From contig JBFLKU010000006.1 of the NCBI GenBank assembly GCA_040883315.1, forward strand, positions 5,465 to 69,464: DNA of 64,000 bases, given 5' to 3'. The position numbers and the translations under genes were made by a program. This stretch comes from Eubacteriales bacterium. GTDB taxonomy: Bacteria > Bacillota > Clostridia > Christensenellales > UMGS416. The notes below the pieces were generated by a model, which was not told where the DNA came from, did not search any database, and saw only the letters and a program-made list of their open reading frames with translations. Shown here piece after piece: positions 29,186 through 38,124 of the stretch (position 1 is its first letter; each line of letters begins with the position of its first letter).

Positions 29186-29548
29186 ATGAAAACATTTACT
29201 ATACCAAAGACTTGTCCTGTTTGCGGCAAAGAGTACTTTGTGAAGACACTGGAATGCAATGGATGCCATACTACACTAGATGGCAAATTTGCACTGGGCG
29301 TTTTTTCGAATCTAGACAGCGAACAGACGGAATTTGTTTTGATTTTCCTTAAAAACCACGGAAACATACAAAAGGTTGGCAAGGAGCTGGGCATTTCATA
29401 TCCTACAGTAAAAAATAGAATCAACAAGGTTTTGAAGGCACTGGGGCAGGAAACGCCAAATGAAAACGAAGATATATTGACTATGCTAAAAAATGATGAA
29501 ATCACACTGGATGAGGCAACAAAGGCAATAATGAATCAAAAAAAATAA
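29186..29548 (+). CDS. DUF2089-family zinc-ribbon/HTH regulator
   Basis: CPVCG, C..C.T..DGKF, F....GN....KELGISYPTVKNR, C-terminal IL.ML...EIT.DEA; start at 29186 after GGAGG. Confidence 0.9.
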   Translation: MKTFTIPKTCPVCGKEYFVKTLECNGCHTTLDGKFALGVFSNLDSEQTEFVLIFLKNHGNIQKVGKELGISYPTVKNRINKVLKALGQETPNENEDILTMLKNDEITLDEATKAIMNQKK

Positions 29549-29587
29549 TAAACTAATCTATATTAATATTTGACAAAGGAGATAGCT

Positions 29588-30205
29588 ATGAGTGACGCAA
29601 TTAATAAAGTATTACAAGACTTTAAAGACGGAAAAATCACCCATGAAGAGGCGGAGAAACTGCTAGAAGAGCTAGGATATTCCAGCAAGGCAGATGAAAA
29701 CGAGCCGGAAACAAACACAAAAAAGAATGAGAAAACTACATTTGAAACTGTAATTGATGATGTAGTGACAGGAATAACAGATACATTTAATAAAGCCAAA
29801 GATAACTACAACCAAAAGCACGTGTTTGAAGGAAACATCGAAGGGGATTACATTGGCGACCTGAAAGGCACAGTGAAAGGCAGCATAAAAGGCGATGTGA
29901 AAGGCAATATACTTGGAAGCGTAGAAGGTGATATTTTAGGTGATGTATTCGGAAACGTGACAGGCAGAGTGAAAGGCGACATAAAAGGAGACGTGAAGGG
30001 CAACCTGAGCGGAATAGTCGGCGGAACTGTCTTTGGCGACGTGAAGGGCAACCTGACAGGAATTGTGAAGGGCAACATAGAAGGCGACATCGACGGAGCT
30101 TTTGTAGGCTTTGTAAAAGGCAACATAAATGGTGAAGTCAAAGGTGCGACTGTAGGCACGGTGGGAAACAAGAAAAGCAAAGATGATGAGCAAGACACAG
30201 AATAA
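29588..30205 (+). CDS. SHOCT-like N-terminus + glycine tetrapeptide-repeat protein
   Basis: KVLQDFKDGKITHEEAEKLLEEL then about 28 G-x-(I/V/L)-x repeats; start at 29588 after AAGGAG. Confidence 0.75.
   Translation: MSDAINKVLQDFKDGKITHEEAEKLLEELGYSSKADENEPETNTKKNEKTTFETVIDDVVTGITDTFNKAKDNYNQKHVFEGNIEGDYIGDLKGTVKGSIKGDVKGNILGSVEGDILGDVFGNVTGRVKGDIKGDVKGNLSGIVGGTVFGDVKGNLTGIVKGNIEGDIDGAFVGFVKGNINGEVKGATVGTVGNKKSKDDEQDTE
29828..30166 (+). repeat. Degenerate 12-nt coding tandem repeat (G-x-hydrophobic-x)
   Basis: Recurrent GTGAA(A/G)GGC units; GACGTGAAGGGCAACCTGA occurs twice. Confidence 0.8.
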
Positions 30206-30257
30206 TATCTGCCCAAAACGAAATGATAATATTTCATTTCGGATATATTCTGTTTAA

Positions 30258-30285
30258 AAAATCACCGGTTTATGCCGGTGATTTT
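30258..30285. terminator. Bidirectional terminator
   Basis: AAAATCACCGG-tttatg-CCGGTGATTTT between convergent genes. Confidence 0.8.
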
Positions 30286-30287
30286 AT

Positions 30288-32102
30288 TTAGCTGCTTGGT
30301 TCTGGCTCGGTTGCCTTAGGTGTTGGCTCTGCCGTTTCCTCGGGAGTTGCCTCTGTGGTTGGTTCGGGCGTCGTCTCCGGCTCTGGCGGAGGTTCTATGC
30401 TGATGGAAAACATTTGACCAGTTAATTCGTTTTCCCCGTCTGATACACTGAAAATAAAGCTGTCGGTTTCGCTATCTGAGCCATTATGAATATATACCAC
30501 TTCGCCTGCTAAAATGTCAGCCATCGTAAAAGTTGAGGGGATGCTTCCGTTTTCCGGCATAGTAGTGATGGTGAATACTAAATCTTCATCTGCGATTTCT
30601 GCATCGCTGGCAGAAAGCAAACCTTGCAGCGAATGGGTTCCGCCATTGTCCAGTTCCATCCATTTATTCACGTCCACCACCGGCGGGCTGTCATCCACTG
30701 GCAGTATTCTTATTCCGAACAATCTAATTGAAGTTACGCTGGATTTATTAGTAACAGTAAACTCGAACCTGTCTTTAATGGTCTCCGAGCCATTGTGTGT
30801 ATATGTAATCACACCGTCATTCAGTTCTTTTTGCGTGAATTTCGTTTTGCTTAGTTCGCCGTTTATAGGCAAGGTGACTACTTCATATATTAAATTATCA
30901 TCATCAAATTTGGCATCTGTAGATACCAACAGTCCGGCTAGGGAAGCCTCTGCGCCTTCATTCAGCTGCAGCCCATCATTTATTGAAACAACGGGAGGAT
31001 CGAGCTTAGGCTTGGATGGGTCAGTTGGGTCCCAAGAGGGGTATGCGGGATCTATCGGTGGTTTTATGACTTTGTTTACTAGCGGTGAGCTATCCACTAT
31101 CTGTACAACTGTTCCGGCAGGGCAATTGTAATAAACCCACTGTGCCGCTTCGTATGTTGTTCTCAGGCAGCCTCCGCTGGCGGCTGTGCCTATTTCATTA
31201 TAGTAGCTCTTGTACATTGTGTTGTTCTTTTTTTCGTCATATAATGCTCCGTGGAAATATAGCCCGCTGGTGAAGCGAGTATAAAAAGGAGAATATGAAC
31301 CTGTACCCCAGCTTTTCCATTCGCCCTTGGAGCTTATTTCGAATGTGCCGTTAGGGGTCATTCTGGCAGATCTGCCTATTGCAGTTGGGAAGGCTTTTAC
31401 CAAAATGGTGTAGTCGCCTTTTTCATCATATGTAAATGCTGCAAAAGTAAAATCAGATTTATCTACAATTATCAGATATTTATTTAAAACTTTTTCTTCG
31501 GTGTTTTTTGGTGCTGGTGTTGCATCCGGTTCAGGGGTATCTTCCGCAGGGCTGATAATAGGCACCGAATATGTCTCTATCAGCTTGTCGTCCTCTGCCC
31601 CGTCTTCGCCCATGTCCTCATAGCAGAAAAGGTATAGATTGCCGTCCCGTATATCAGGAAGCATCCACTCGGAAATATCAGGCCACAAAATTTCCTTATG
31701 GTATACCACGTCTTTTTCGTTCATAGCACAGAAAACATAGTAGTCAGCATCCTCTACTACTTCCCAGGATACGCTTAATATGTCCTCTTGGTATTCGCTG
31801 ATGAGCGCATCTTCGTTTATTTCAATTTTTTTAACATCGGGTATTGGAAGCAACTCATTGGGATCGGGAATATATGCTTTTCTAATTGTGGGGCTAGGCT
31901 CCAGTGAGGGGGTGGATGTTGAAATAGGGGTTTTTTCTGGCGTTGTTACATCATCCAGAGCCATTGACACTGCACTGTCTTCTGATATTCTGGCATTATA
32001 TGCCGCATAAGCACCGGAAAGAAACATCAAAACAGAAATTATGATGACGGCAGTCAAGATAATTTTTTTGGCTTTCTTTTTTTTGCTCAAAGACTTTGCC
32101 AT
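30288..32102 (-). CDS. Membrane-anchored L,D-transpeptidase (YkuD) with two cadherin-like/CSPG repeats
   Basis: N-terminal TM; TAIG...TPNGTF, LYFHG, ASGGCLR; two repeats PPVV..N......G...FT...L.G...Y.HNGS....D.F.F.V. Confidence 0.85.
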   Translation of the reverse strand: MAKSLSKKKKAKKIILTAVIIISVLMFLSGAYAAYNARISEDSAVSMALDDVTTPEKTPISTSTPSLEPSPTIRKAYIPDPNELLPIPDVKKIEINEDALISEYQEDILSVSWEVVEDADYYVFCAMNEKDVVYHKEILWPDISEWMLPDIRDGNLYLFCYEDMGEDGAEDDKLIETYSVPIISPAEDTPEPDATPAPKNTEEKVLNKYLIIVDKSDFTFAAFTYDEKGDYTILVKAFPTAIGRSARMTPNGTFEISSKGEWKSWGTGSYSPFYTRFTSGLYFHGALYDEKKNNTMYKSYYNEIGTAASGGCLRTTYEAAQWVYYNCPAGTVVQIVDSSPLVNKVIKPPIDPAYPSWDPTDPSKPKLDPPVVSINDGLQLNEGAEASLAGLLVSTDAKFDDDNLIYEVVTLPINGELSKTKFTQKELNDGVITYTHNGSETIKDRFEFTVTNKSSVTSIRLFGIRILPVDDSPPVVDVNKWMELDNGGTHSLQGLLSASDAEIADEDLVFTITTMPENGSIPSTFTMADILAGEVVYIHNGSDSETDSFIFSVSDGENELTGQMFSISIEPPPEPETTPEPTTEATPEETAEPTPKATEPEPSS

Positions 32103-32233
32103 TTCAGCTCCTGTTACAGCAAAATGCCGATTCTTGTATAATTATATTATATCGGCATATCTGCAAAAAGCAAGGGAATAACATAGATACATAAAATACG
32201 GCACTTAAAATAGTAAGATACTATAATCTTTGC

Positions 32234-33004
32234 TTATAGGTCGAATATAAGTGTCTTAATAACTGCTAGAAATTCTCTGAGATATGAATTTATCCAAATA
32301 TACCAAGATGTTACAGAAGGCAGTCCTATGGCATCTAGTCCGTGATTTTTTGCCAAAAGCTTGGCTCTGAAAATATGGAAGTCGCTGGTGGCTATAGCCA
32401 CGGTTAGCTCTTTGTCGTACTCTAGCATTATTTCTTTTGAAAACATCAGGTTTTCGTTTGTGCTGGTTGATTGATCTTCTTCGATTATTCTGTCAGCACT
32501 GATGCCGCGTTCGATCAGATATTTCTTCATAGCGTAGGCTTCTGTAGTTGGCTCATTTGGGCCCTGACCGCCTGATACTATGCATATTGTGTTTGGGTGC
32601 TGCTCCAGATAGTCGTATGCCACATTCAGACGCCTTGCAAGGGAACGCGTCAGCATGCCATCGGGGAATATGCCGCAGCCTAAAACCACAACAAAATTGG
32701 TTTCCACTTTTTCATGCTGATGGGAGTATGCATTTGCCAGAAGTATTCCTTCTATTACTGCGAATATAGCAAAAAATATGCAAAATGATACAATTACGAA
32801 TATCCTGAATCCATTATGTGTGATTATGTGTCCGCCTTTTAGCCTCAGCTTCAATGCAGCATATATGATAAAAAGCACGCCGATTACTGCCGGTGCCACT
32901 GTGCCCACTGTCAGACTTATGTTGATTCGTGATACAAAAATTGTGTCGATTATTCCTAAAACACCTATAATAATTAGTGCTATATAAAATATTTTCTTAA
33001 ACAT
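32234..33004 (-). CDS. YdcF/DUF218 (ElyC/SanA-like) membrane protein
   Basis: VVLGCG, RRL, SGGQGPNE..TEA..M..YL, STSTNEN, TSDFHIFRA, LRE. Confidence 0.9.
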   Translation of the reverse strand: MFKKIFYIALIIIGVLGIIDTIFVSRINISLTVGTVAPAVIGVLFIIYAALKLRLKGGHIITHNGFRIFVIVSFCIFFAIFAVIEGILLANAYSHQHEKVETNFVVVLGCGIFPDGMLTRSLARRLNVAYDYLEQHPNTICIVSGGQGPNEPTTEAYAMKKYLIERGISADRIIEEDQSTSTNENLMFSKEIMLEYDKELTVAIATSDFHIFRAKLLAKNHGLDAIGLPSVTSWYIWINSYLREFLAVIKTLIFDL

Positions 33005-33039
33005 ATTGTAATAATAATGTAAAATTTAAGATGTGTCAA
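33005..33039 (-). promoter_or_regulatory. Sigma-A promoter giving a probably leaderless mRNA
   Basis: Minus strand TTGACA-17 nt-TATTAT-6 nt-ATG(33004), no SD. Confidence 0.7.
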
Positions 33040-33164
33040 TATAAACCATAATAAAATACTTGTTCTGTTTATTATTTTTTCAAAGCTTGTAAACATACTA
33101 TTCTTATGATACCCTTACATGTATAAAAAAATCTTATTAGAATGCTAAGGCTACAGGAGACTTT

Positions 33165-35114
33165 ATGGATGATTTGAAAAATATAGACGTTTTCCAAATG
33201 ATGCTGCAAAAGCAGTTTCCCAATAAGGCGTCGGCCTGCAGCGAGATAATAAACCTGAAAGCCATATTAAATCTTCCGAAGCCTACAGAGCACTTTATAT
33301 CTGATATTCATGGTGAGCACGAGGCATTTATGCACATGATAAAAAACTGCTCTGGAGTGATAAAGGACAAAATTAATCAAGAATTCGCAGCTTCTCTTTC
33401 TCCGGATGAAAAAGAAAGGCTGGCAATTTGCATCACTTACCCAGAAGAAACAATTCATTTGATGAAAGAAAAAGAGAATAATTTAGAGAGCTGGTATGTT
33501 AGGACCATTCAGCAGCTAATTATTATATGCAGAGTAGTATCTAGAAAATATACCAGAAGCAAGGTGAGAAAAGCACTGCCCGCTGAGCATAGATACATAA
33601 TAGAAGAGCTGCTGCATGAGACAGAGCACGGCGGCAACAAGAATGAATACTATCAGAGCATAGTGGATAGCATAGTGTCTGTAGGCACCGCTGAAAGCTT
33701 TATAATATCTATTTGCAAGGTGATACAAAGGCTGGCAATAGACAAGCTGCACGTGGTGGGAGACATATTCGACAGAGGCCCCGGTCCGCATTTTATAATA
33801 GATGAGATGATGAAGTACCATTCGGTGGACATACAGTGGGGCAACCATGACATAGTGTGGATGGGCGCATACTGTGGCAGCGAAATTTGCATAGCAAATA
33901 TTATAAGAGTGTGTGCCAGATATGGGCATCTGGATATTTTAGAGGAAGGGTATGGCATCAATCTGCGGCATCTTTCCACCCTTGCCAATTCTTTGTATGC
34001 AGACGATGAATGTATATGCTTTAAAACTGTGCTATCTGGCGATGTGAGCGACCAAGAAAAAATGCTGCTTCGCAGAATGCACAAGGCCATGGCAGTCATT
34101 CAATTTAAGCTGGAAGGACAGTTGATACAGCGCAGCCCTATGCTTGAAATGGATGGAAGGGGACTACTAGGGAGACTATCTGACGACAAAACTGCGGTAG
34201 AGGTAGACGGAAAAATACATAGTATGCTGGATAGCAATTTGCCTACTGTAGATGTGAATGACCCTTATGAGCTGACAGAAGCAGAAGAAAGCCTGATGTG
34301 CGGACTTAAGAAACTATTTTTATACAATGAGAAAATGACCAAGCATATGGAGTTTCTTTTAAAGAAGGGTGGAATGTATCTGAAGTATAATTCCAACCTG
34401 CTGATACATGGATGCATACCTATGAATAAAGACGGCAGCTTTGCGAAGGTTTCGTTCTTCGGGGAAGAATTATCCGGCATACATGCTATGGATGCATATG
34501 AAAACTGGGTGAGAGAATGTTTCTGCAATCGAATGCAAAATGACAACAACACGGATTTATTCTGGTATCTATGGTCAGGAAAAAACTCTCCGCTTTTTGG
34601 CAAAACAGAAATGAAAACCTTTGAGAGATATTTTATAGAAGATAAACAAACTCATAAAGAAGAGATAAACCCGTACTATAGCTTCTGGCAGGACGAAGAC
34701 GTCATAGATAGAATACTGGAAGATTTCGGACTGGATAAGGAATTTTCTCACATAATCAACGGACACATGCCGGTGCGTGCAATAGAGGGAGAGAACCCGA
34801 TAAAGGCAAAAGGCAAGCTTATTGTAATAGACGGAGGACTAAACCCTATTTATAATCCCGTTACAGGAACTGCCGGCTATACCTTGATATTCAATTCATA
34901 TGGGCTCACTTTGGCAGCTCATGAAAGATTTGAAAGCAAGACGAAGATAATTGATGAAAGCAAAGACATAATGACCTATTATGCCAGCTTTGACAGCAGA
35001 AAAAACAGAATTAGAGTGCAGGACACAGATGAGGGCAAGAAAATTCAGATGGAGATCCATGCTCTGGAAGAGCTTTGCAGGCTCTATTCTATTGGAAAAA
35101 TAAAGGAACTCTAA
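33165..35114 (+). CDS. fbp: Fructose-1,6-bisphosphatase class 3
   Basis: EIINLKAILNLPK.TEHFISDIHGE, GDIFDRGP, DIQWGNHD, HIINGH.P, IDGG. Confidence 0.95.
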   Translation: MDDLKNIDVFQMMLQKQFPNKASACSEIINLKAILNLPKPTEHFISDIHGEHEAFMHMIKNCSGVIKDKINQEFAASLSPDEKERLAICITYPEETIHLMKEKENNLESWYVRTIQQLIIICRVVSRKYTRSKVRKALPAEHRYIIEELLHETEHGGNKNEYYQSIVDSIVSVGTAESFIISICKVIQRLAIDKLHVVGDIFDRGPGPHFIIDEMMKYHSVDIQWGNHDIVWMGAYCGSEICIANIIRVCARYGHLDILEEGYGINLRHLSTLANSLYADDECICFKTVLSGDVSDQEKMLLRRMHKAMAVIQFKLEGQLIQRSPMLEMDGRGLLGRLSDDKTAVEVDGKIHSMLDSNLPTVDVNDPYELTEAEESLMCGLKKLFLYNEKMTKHMEFLLKKGGMYLKYNSNLLIHGCIPMNKDGSFAKVSFFGEELSGIHAMDAYENWVRECFCNRMQNDNNTDLFWYLWSGKNSPLFGKTEMKTFERYFIEDKQTHKEEINPYYSFWQDEDVIDRILEDFGLDKEFSHIINGHMPVRAIEGENPIKAKGKLIVIDGGLNPIYNPVTGTAGYTLIFNSYGLTLAAHERFESKTKIIDESKDIMTYYASFDSRKNRIRVQDTDEGKKIQMEIHALEELCRLYSIGKIKEL

Positions 35115-35123
35115 TTTGCAAAG

Positions 35124-36587
35124 CTATTCGCCTAAATACGCCCAGTGCCATGCTTCTTTGTAGTAATTATAGAATCCATATCGGTTGGCATTTTCATTTA
35201 GGTATTCATGAAGCTTGCTTCCCTTGAATGTTTTTAAGTCGTTAAAGTCTATGGCTATTCCATAGTTGTGGTTTGAAAAGCCTGGTACATAGCTGCTGCT
35301 CTGCCGGAAAAGGTGAACATAGTCTGCCCAGTTTGCAGCACTTCTCATTCCCTGTCCTTGGGAATAGAAAAGAGCTTGTTCGTCGTAGTCCCTGTAGCCG
35401 CTGCTGATATATAGACTCGGATATCCTTCGGGTATCTCTGTGGCTAGGTAGCAGAATGCTACTGCCGCATGCAATCCAAGATATCCGTGGAAAACTATTT
35501 CTACTATTGGCTCAGGGGGCACAGCGTATTTGTCCATATATTCCCTATTATCGTATGCAAACATAAATTTATTTTCGGCAATGGCATGGTTTATGTCTAC
35601 GCTTAGTTCATCATTCTCAGCATTTGCTTCGATTAGTTTGCTGTACTTTTCCTGAAACTCTTTGCTTTCATAAAGATAAGGATATTCTAAATATGATTCA
35701 TATGCTTCTTCGTCATTTTTAAGATTATCATATAAAAACTGCTCCGCATCAAATTGACCGCCTTTTTCATCATATACAGTATATTCATATAAAGTAGTAG
35801 GAGTGGGAACAAAAGGGCAGAAAAAATCAGTATATTCTATGCTATGCTCTACAGATATTATATCTCGTATTATATCCGCTGTTTCTTGGTCGTATAGGCC
35901 GTCTATTGCGCTCCAGTTGGTGTATCTGCCGTAGGAATTGAAGCTGTATTCAAATTTTATCTGGTTAAGCTGCAGAGTGTAGTTTTTTATTCCCAGATTT
36001 CCGCAGGACACATTTATCAGTTTTAGGGCTCGCTGCAAAGTGGCAATCATCTTTTTATCAGGCTTGTCGGGAAAGGCATCACCAACTATAGATTGATACA
36101 AAATCGCGTCTACTTCATCGTCTGTGTATATTTTTTCAGGTGTTGAAAAATCCAGATGATTTTTGGCGAATTCTTTTTCGCCTTCGTCTATATAGTATAA
36201 ATGCAGCTGATACTTTGTATCTGCATCTAAATCATTAATCTGTACGTAATATGCATTCTCATAAGGGATAGCTTCTAAATCGGAGATATCTTTGCCGTCG
36301 TCGGATTTCAGCATAAAGCCAACACTGGTAGACTGCATGCCATCGGGCAGCGTGGCGCAGAAAATGCCTCTGCTACTTCCTATTATTCTGGCAGGCAAAA
36401 ATTCTGCTTCTATTCTGGCATCTGGAGTGGGAGAGGGGCTGTAGCTAGGAGTAGATTCTTCAGTAGCCGCGATAGTGGATGCAGTGGATTCTGGCACTAT
36501 ATTTTGGAATTTGCATGCAGAAAAAACCAATGACAGCACAAGTATAATTAATATTGAAATTTTAGTTGATTTCGATATATATGACAT
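35124..36587 (-). CDS. Lipoprotein with a C-terminal M15B (VanY/LdcB-type) zinc carboxypeptidase domain
   Basis: Lipobox FSAC; SGYR...EQ, PGFSNHNYGIAIDF (SxHxxGxAxD), EAWHW; start placed at 36587. Confidence 0.85.
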   Translation of the reverse strand: MSYISKSTKISILIILVLSLVFSACKFQNIVPESTASTIAATEESTPSYSPSPTPDARIEAEFLPARIIGSSRGIFCATLPDGMQSTSVGFMLKSDDGKDISDLEAIPYENAYYVQINDLDADTKYQLHLYYIDEGEKEFAKNHLDFSTPEKIYTDDEVDAILYQSIVGDAFPDKPDKKMIATLQRALKLINVSCGNLGIKNYTLQLNQIKFEYSFNSYGRYTNWSAIDGLYDQETADIIRDIISVEHSIEYTDFFCPFVPTPTTLYEYTVYDEKGGQFDAEQFLYDNLKNDEEAYESYLEYPYLYESKEFQEKYSKLIEANAENDELSVDINHAIAENKFMFAYDNREYMDKYAVPPEPIVEIVFHGYLGLHAAVAFCYLATEIPEGYPSLYISSGYRDYDEQALFYSQGQGMRSAANWADYVHLFRQSSSYVPGFSNHNYGIAIDFNDLKTFKGSKLHEYLNENANRYGFYNYYKEAWHWAYLGE

Positions 36588-36623
36588 GCAACAAATTATA
36601 CAGCACATGAAGTATTTTATCAA
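36588..36623 (-). promoter_or_regulatory. Sigma-A promoter giving a probably leaderless mRNA
   Basis: Minus strand TTGATA-17 nt-TATAAT-7 nt-ATG(36587), no SD. Confidence 0.7.
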
Positions 36624-36733
36624 CAAATTAGACCAGTGAAAAAGTGCAATTATCACTGGTTGAATTTGGCTAGATGATAGATTATAATTAAACAAACAAG
36701 TAAAACACAATAAATGGAAAGAAAAGACTAATA

Positions 36734-37966
36734 ATGAAAAAAGCAGAATTACTAATGCCGGCAGGCAATTTTGATAAATTTGAAGTAGCCATCAATTATG
36801 GTGCGGACTCGGTGTATCTTTCTGGCAAAAGATACGGCATGCGAGTGATGGCGGGAAATCTGGATGAAGACGAGCTAAAAAAAGCCGTGGAGATAGCACA
36901 TGCAGTGGGAAAGAAAGTGTATGTGACAGTCAATCTTTTTGCTAGGGATGACGATTTTAATGACCTAGATAAGTATTTGGAATATCTGCAGTTTATTGAT
37001 GTGGATGCATTGATAGTGGCGGATCCGGGCATAATAGCATTTGCAAAAAAAACAGTGCCCAATATGGCTATACACCTAAGCACTCAGTCCAATACGTTAA
37101 ATTCCTACGCCGCCAACTACTGGCATGACATGGGAGTAAAGAGAATAGTGCTGGCAAGGGAGCTTTCACTGAAGCAGATAGAAAAAATAAGAAATTCCAC
37201 TCCTTCTTCACTGGAGCTGGAGGTATTTGCACATGGCTCTATGTGCATGGCATACTCGGGAAGATGTGCAATTAGCACATACTTAACAGGAAGAGAAGCA
37301 AACCAAGGATACTGCACTCAGCCATGCAGATGGGAGTTTTCGCTGACTGAGAGCAAGAGAGACGGCGAGGTATTCCATGTGGAGGAAGAGGATGCAAATG
37401 GAATGTTTTTTTTCAATTCGAAGGATTTGAATATGCTGCCCCATATAAAGGACCTGCTGGATACTGGGATAGACAGCTTGAAAGTAGAGGGCAGAATGAA
37501 ATCCGAGCTGTATGTGGCATCGGTGGGAATAGCATATAGAACAGAAATAGACAGATATTATGCCGATAAAAACTATAGCAGTCCGCTGGAGGAGTCATTG
37601 GAGCAGCTGGGAAAGGTGACATACAGACCATATACCACAGGCTTCAACTATGGCAGCCCGCATATGGAGGGACAAAGTGCCAAAAAATCTGAATACATAT
37701 CTAAATGGGAATATATCGCAAAGGTACTGGAAGAGACAGAAAATAAAAAAGTGGCATGGGTAAAGGAATTCAACCCGTTTGCAGTGGGTGATGTAGTGGA
37801 GGCGTTGAAAACGGACGGCAGCTGCAGCGATGTGAAAATATTATCTGTAACAGATGAAGACGGTGAGAAAATGGAGATTGTCAAGCTTCCAAAGCAAAAA
37901 CTTTTAGTAGAATTTGACAAGGAAGTAAGTAAGTTTTCTATTCTTAGAAAAAATACAAACCGATAA
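36734..37966 (+). CDS. U32-family peptidase-like protein (TrhP-type tRNA hydroxylation protein)
   Basis: ELLMPAG, HLSTQ, RIVLARELS, EVFAHGSMCMAYSGRC, CTQPCRW, SLKVEGRMKS. Confidence 0.9.
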   Translation: MKKAELLMPAGNFDKFEVAINYGADSVYLSGKRYGMRVMAGNLDEDELKKAVEIAHAVGKKVYVTVNLFARDDDFNDLDKYLEYLQFIDVDALIVADPGIIAFAKKTVPNMAIHLSTQSNTLNSYAANYWHDMGVKRIVLARELSLKQIEKIRNSTPSSLELEVFAHGSMCMAYSGRCAISTYLTGREANQGYCTQPCRWEFSLTESKRDGEVFHVEEEDANGMFFFNSKDLNMLPHIKDLLDTGIDSLKVEGRMKSELYVASVGIAYRTEIDRYYADKNYSSPLEESLEQLGKVTYRPYTTGFNYGSPHMEGQSAKKSEYISKWEYIAKVLEETENKKVAWVKEFNPFAVGDVVEALKTDGSCSDVKILSVTDEDGEKMEIVKLPKQKLLVEFDKEVSKFSILRKNTNR

Positions 37967-38124
37967 TATAAAAAGTAACAAATATGACAAGAAAAAAATA
38001 TATATGTTGTAGTAAGTTAAAATACTTTTTTTGTGTTTTAAAGGATTTGTAACAATAATAGTATATAATAAATGGTCGTATTTCAACTGTGCGGGATATT
38101 AATTTGCAGAAATGAGGGATAAAA

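Noticed and set aside
30288-30395. Pro/Glu/Thr-rich repeats at the LDT C-terminus
   Set aside because: An ordinary low-complexity linker of surface proteins, not a nucleotide-level repeat system
32124-32158. 8-bp inverted repeats ATGCCGAT/ATCGGCAT upstream of the LDT gene and ACCAGTGA/TCACTGGT at about 36632-36660
   Set aside because: Short arms with long spacers and no cognate regulator; cannot be told apart from chance or weak terminators
37967-38124. SAM or SAH riboswitch upstream of the ahcY-like gene
   Set aside because: AT-rich spacer with no S-box core (ATCxAGAG...GCAACC...GTGC) or other recognisable aptamer
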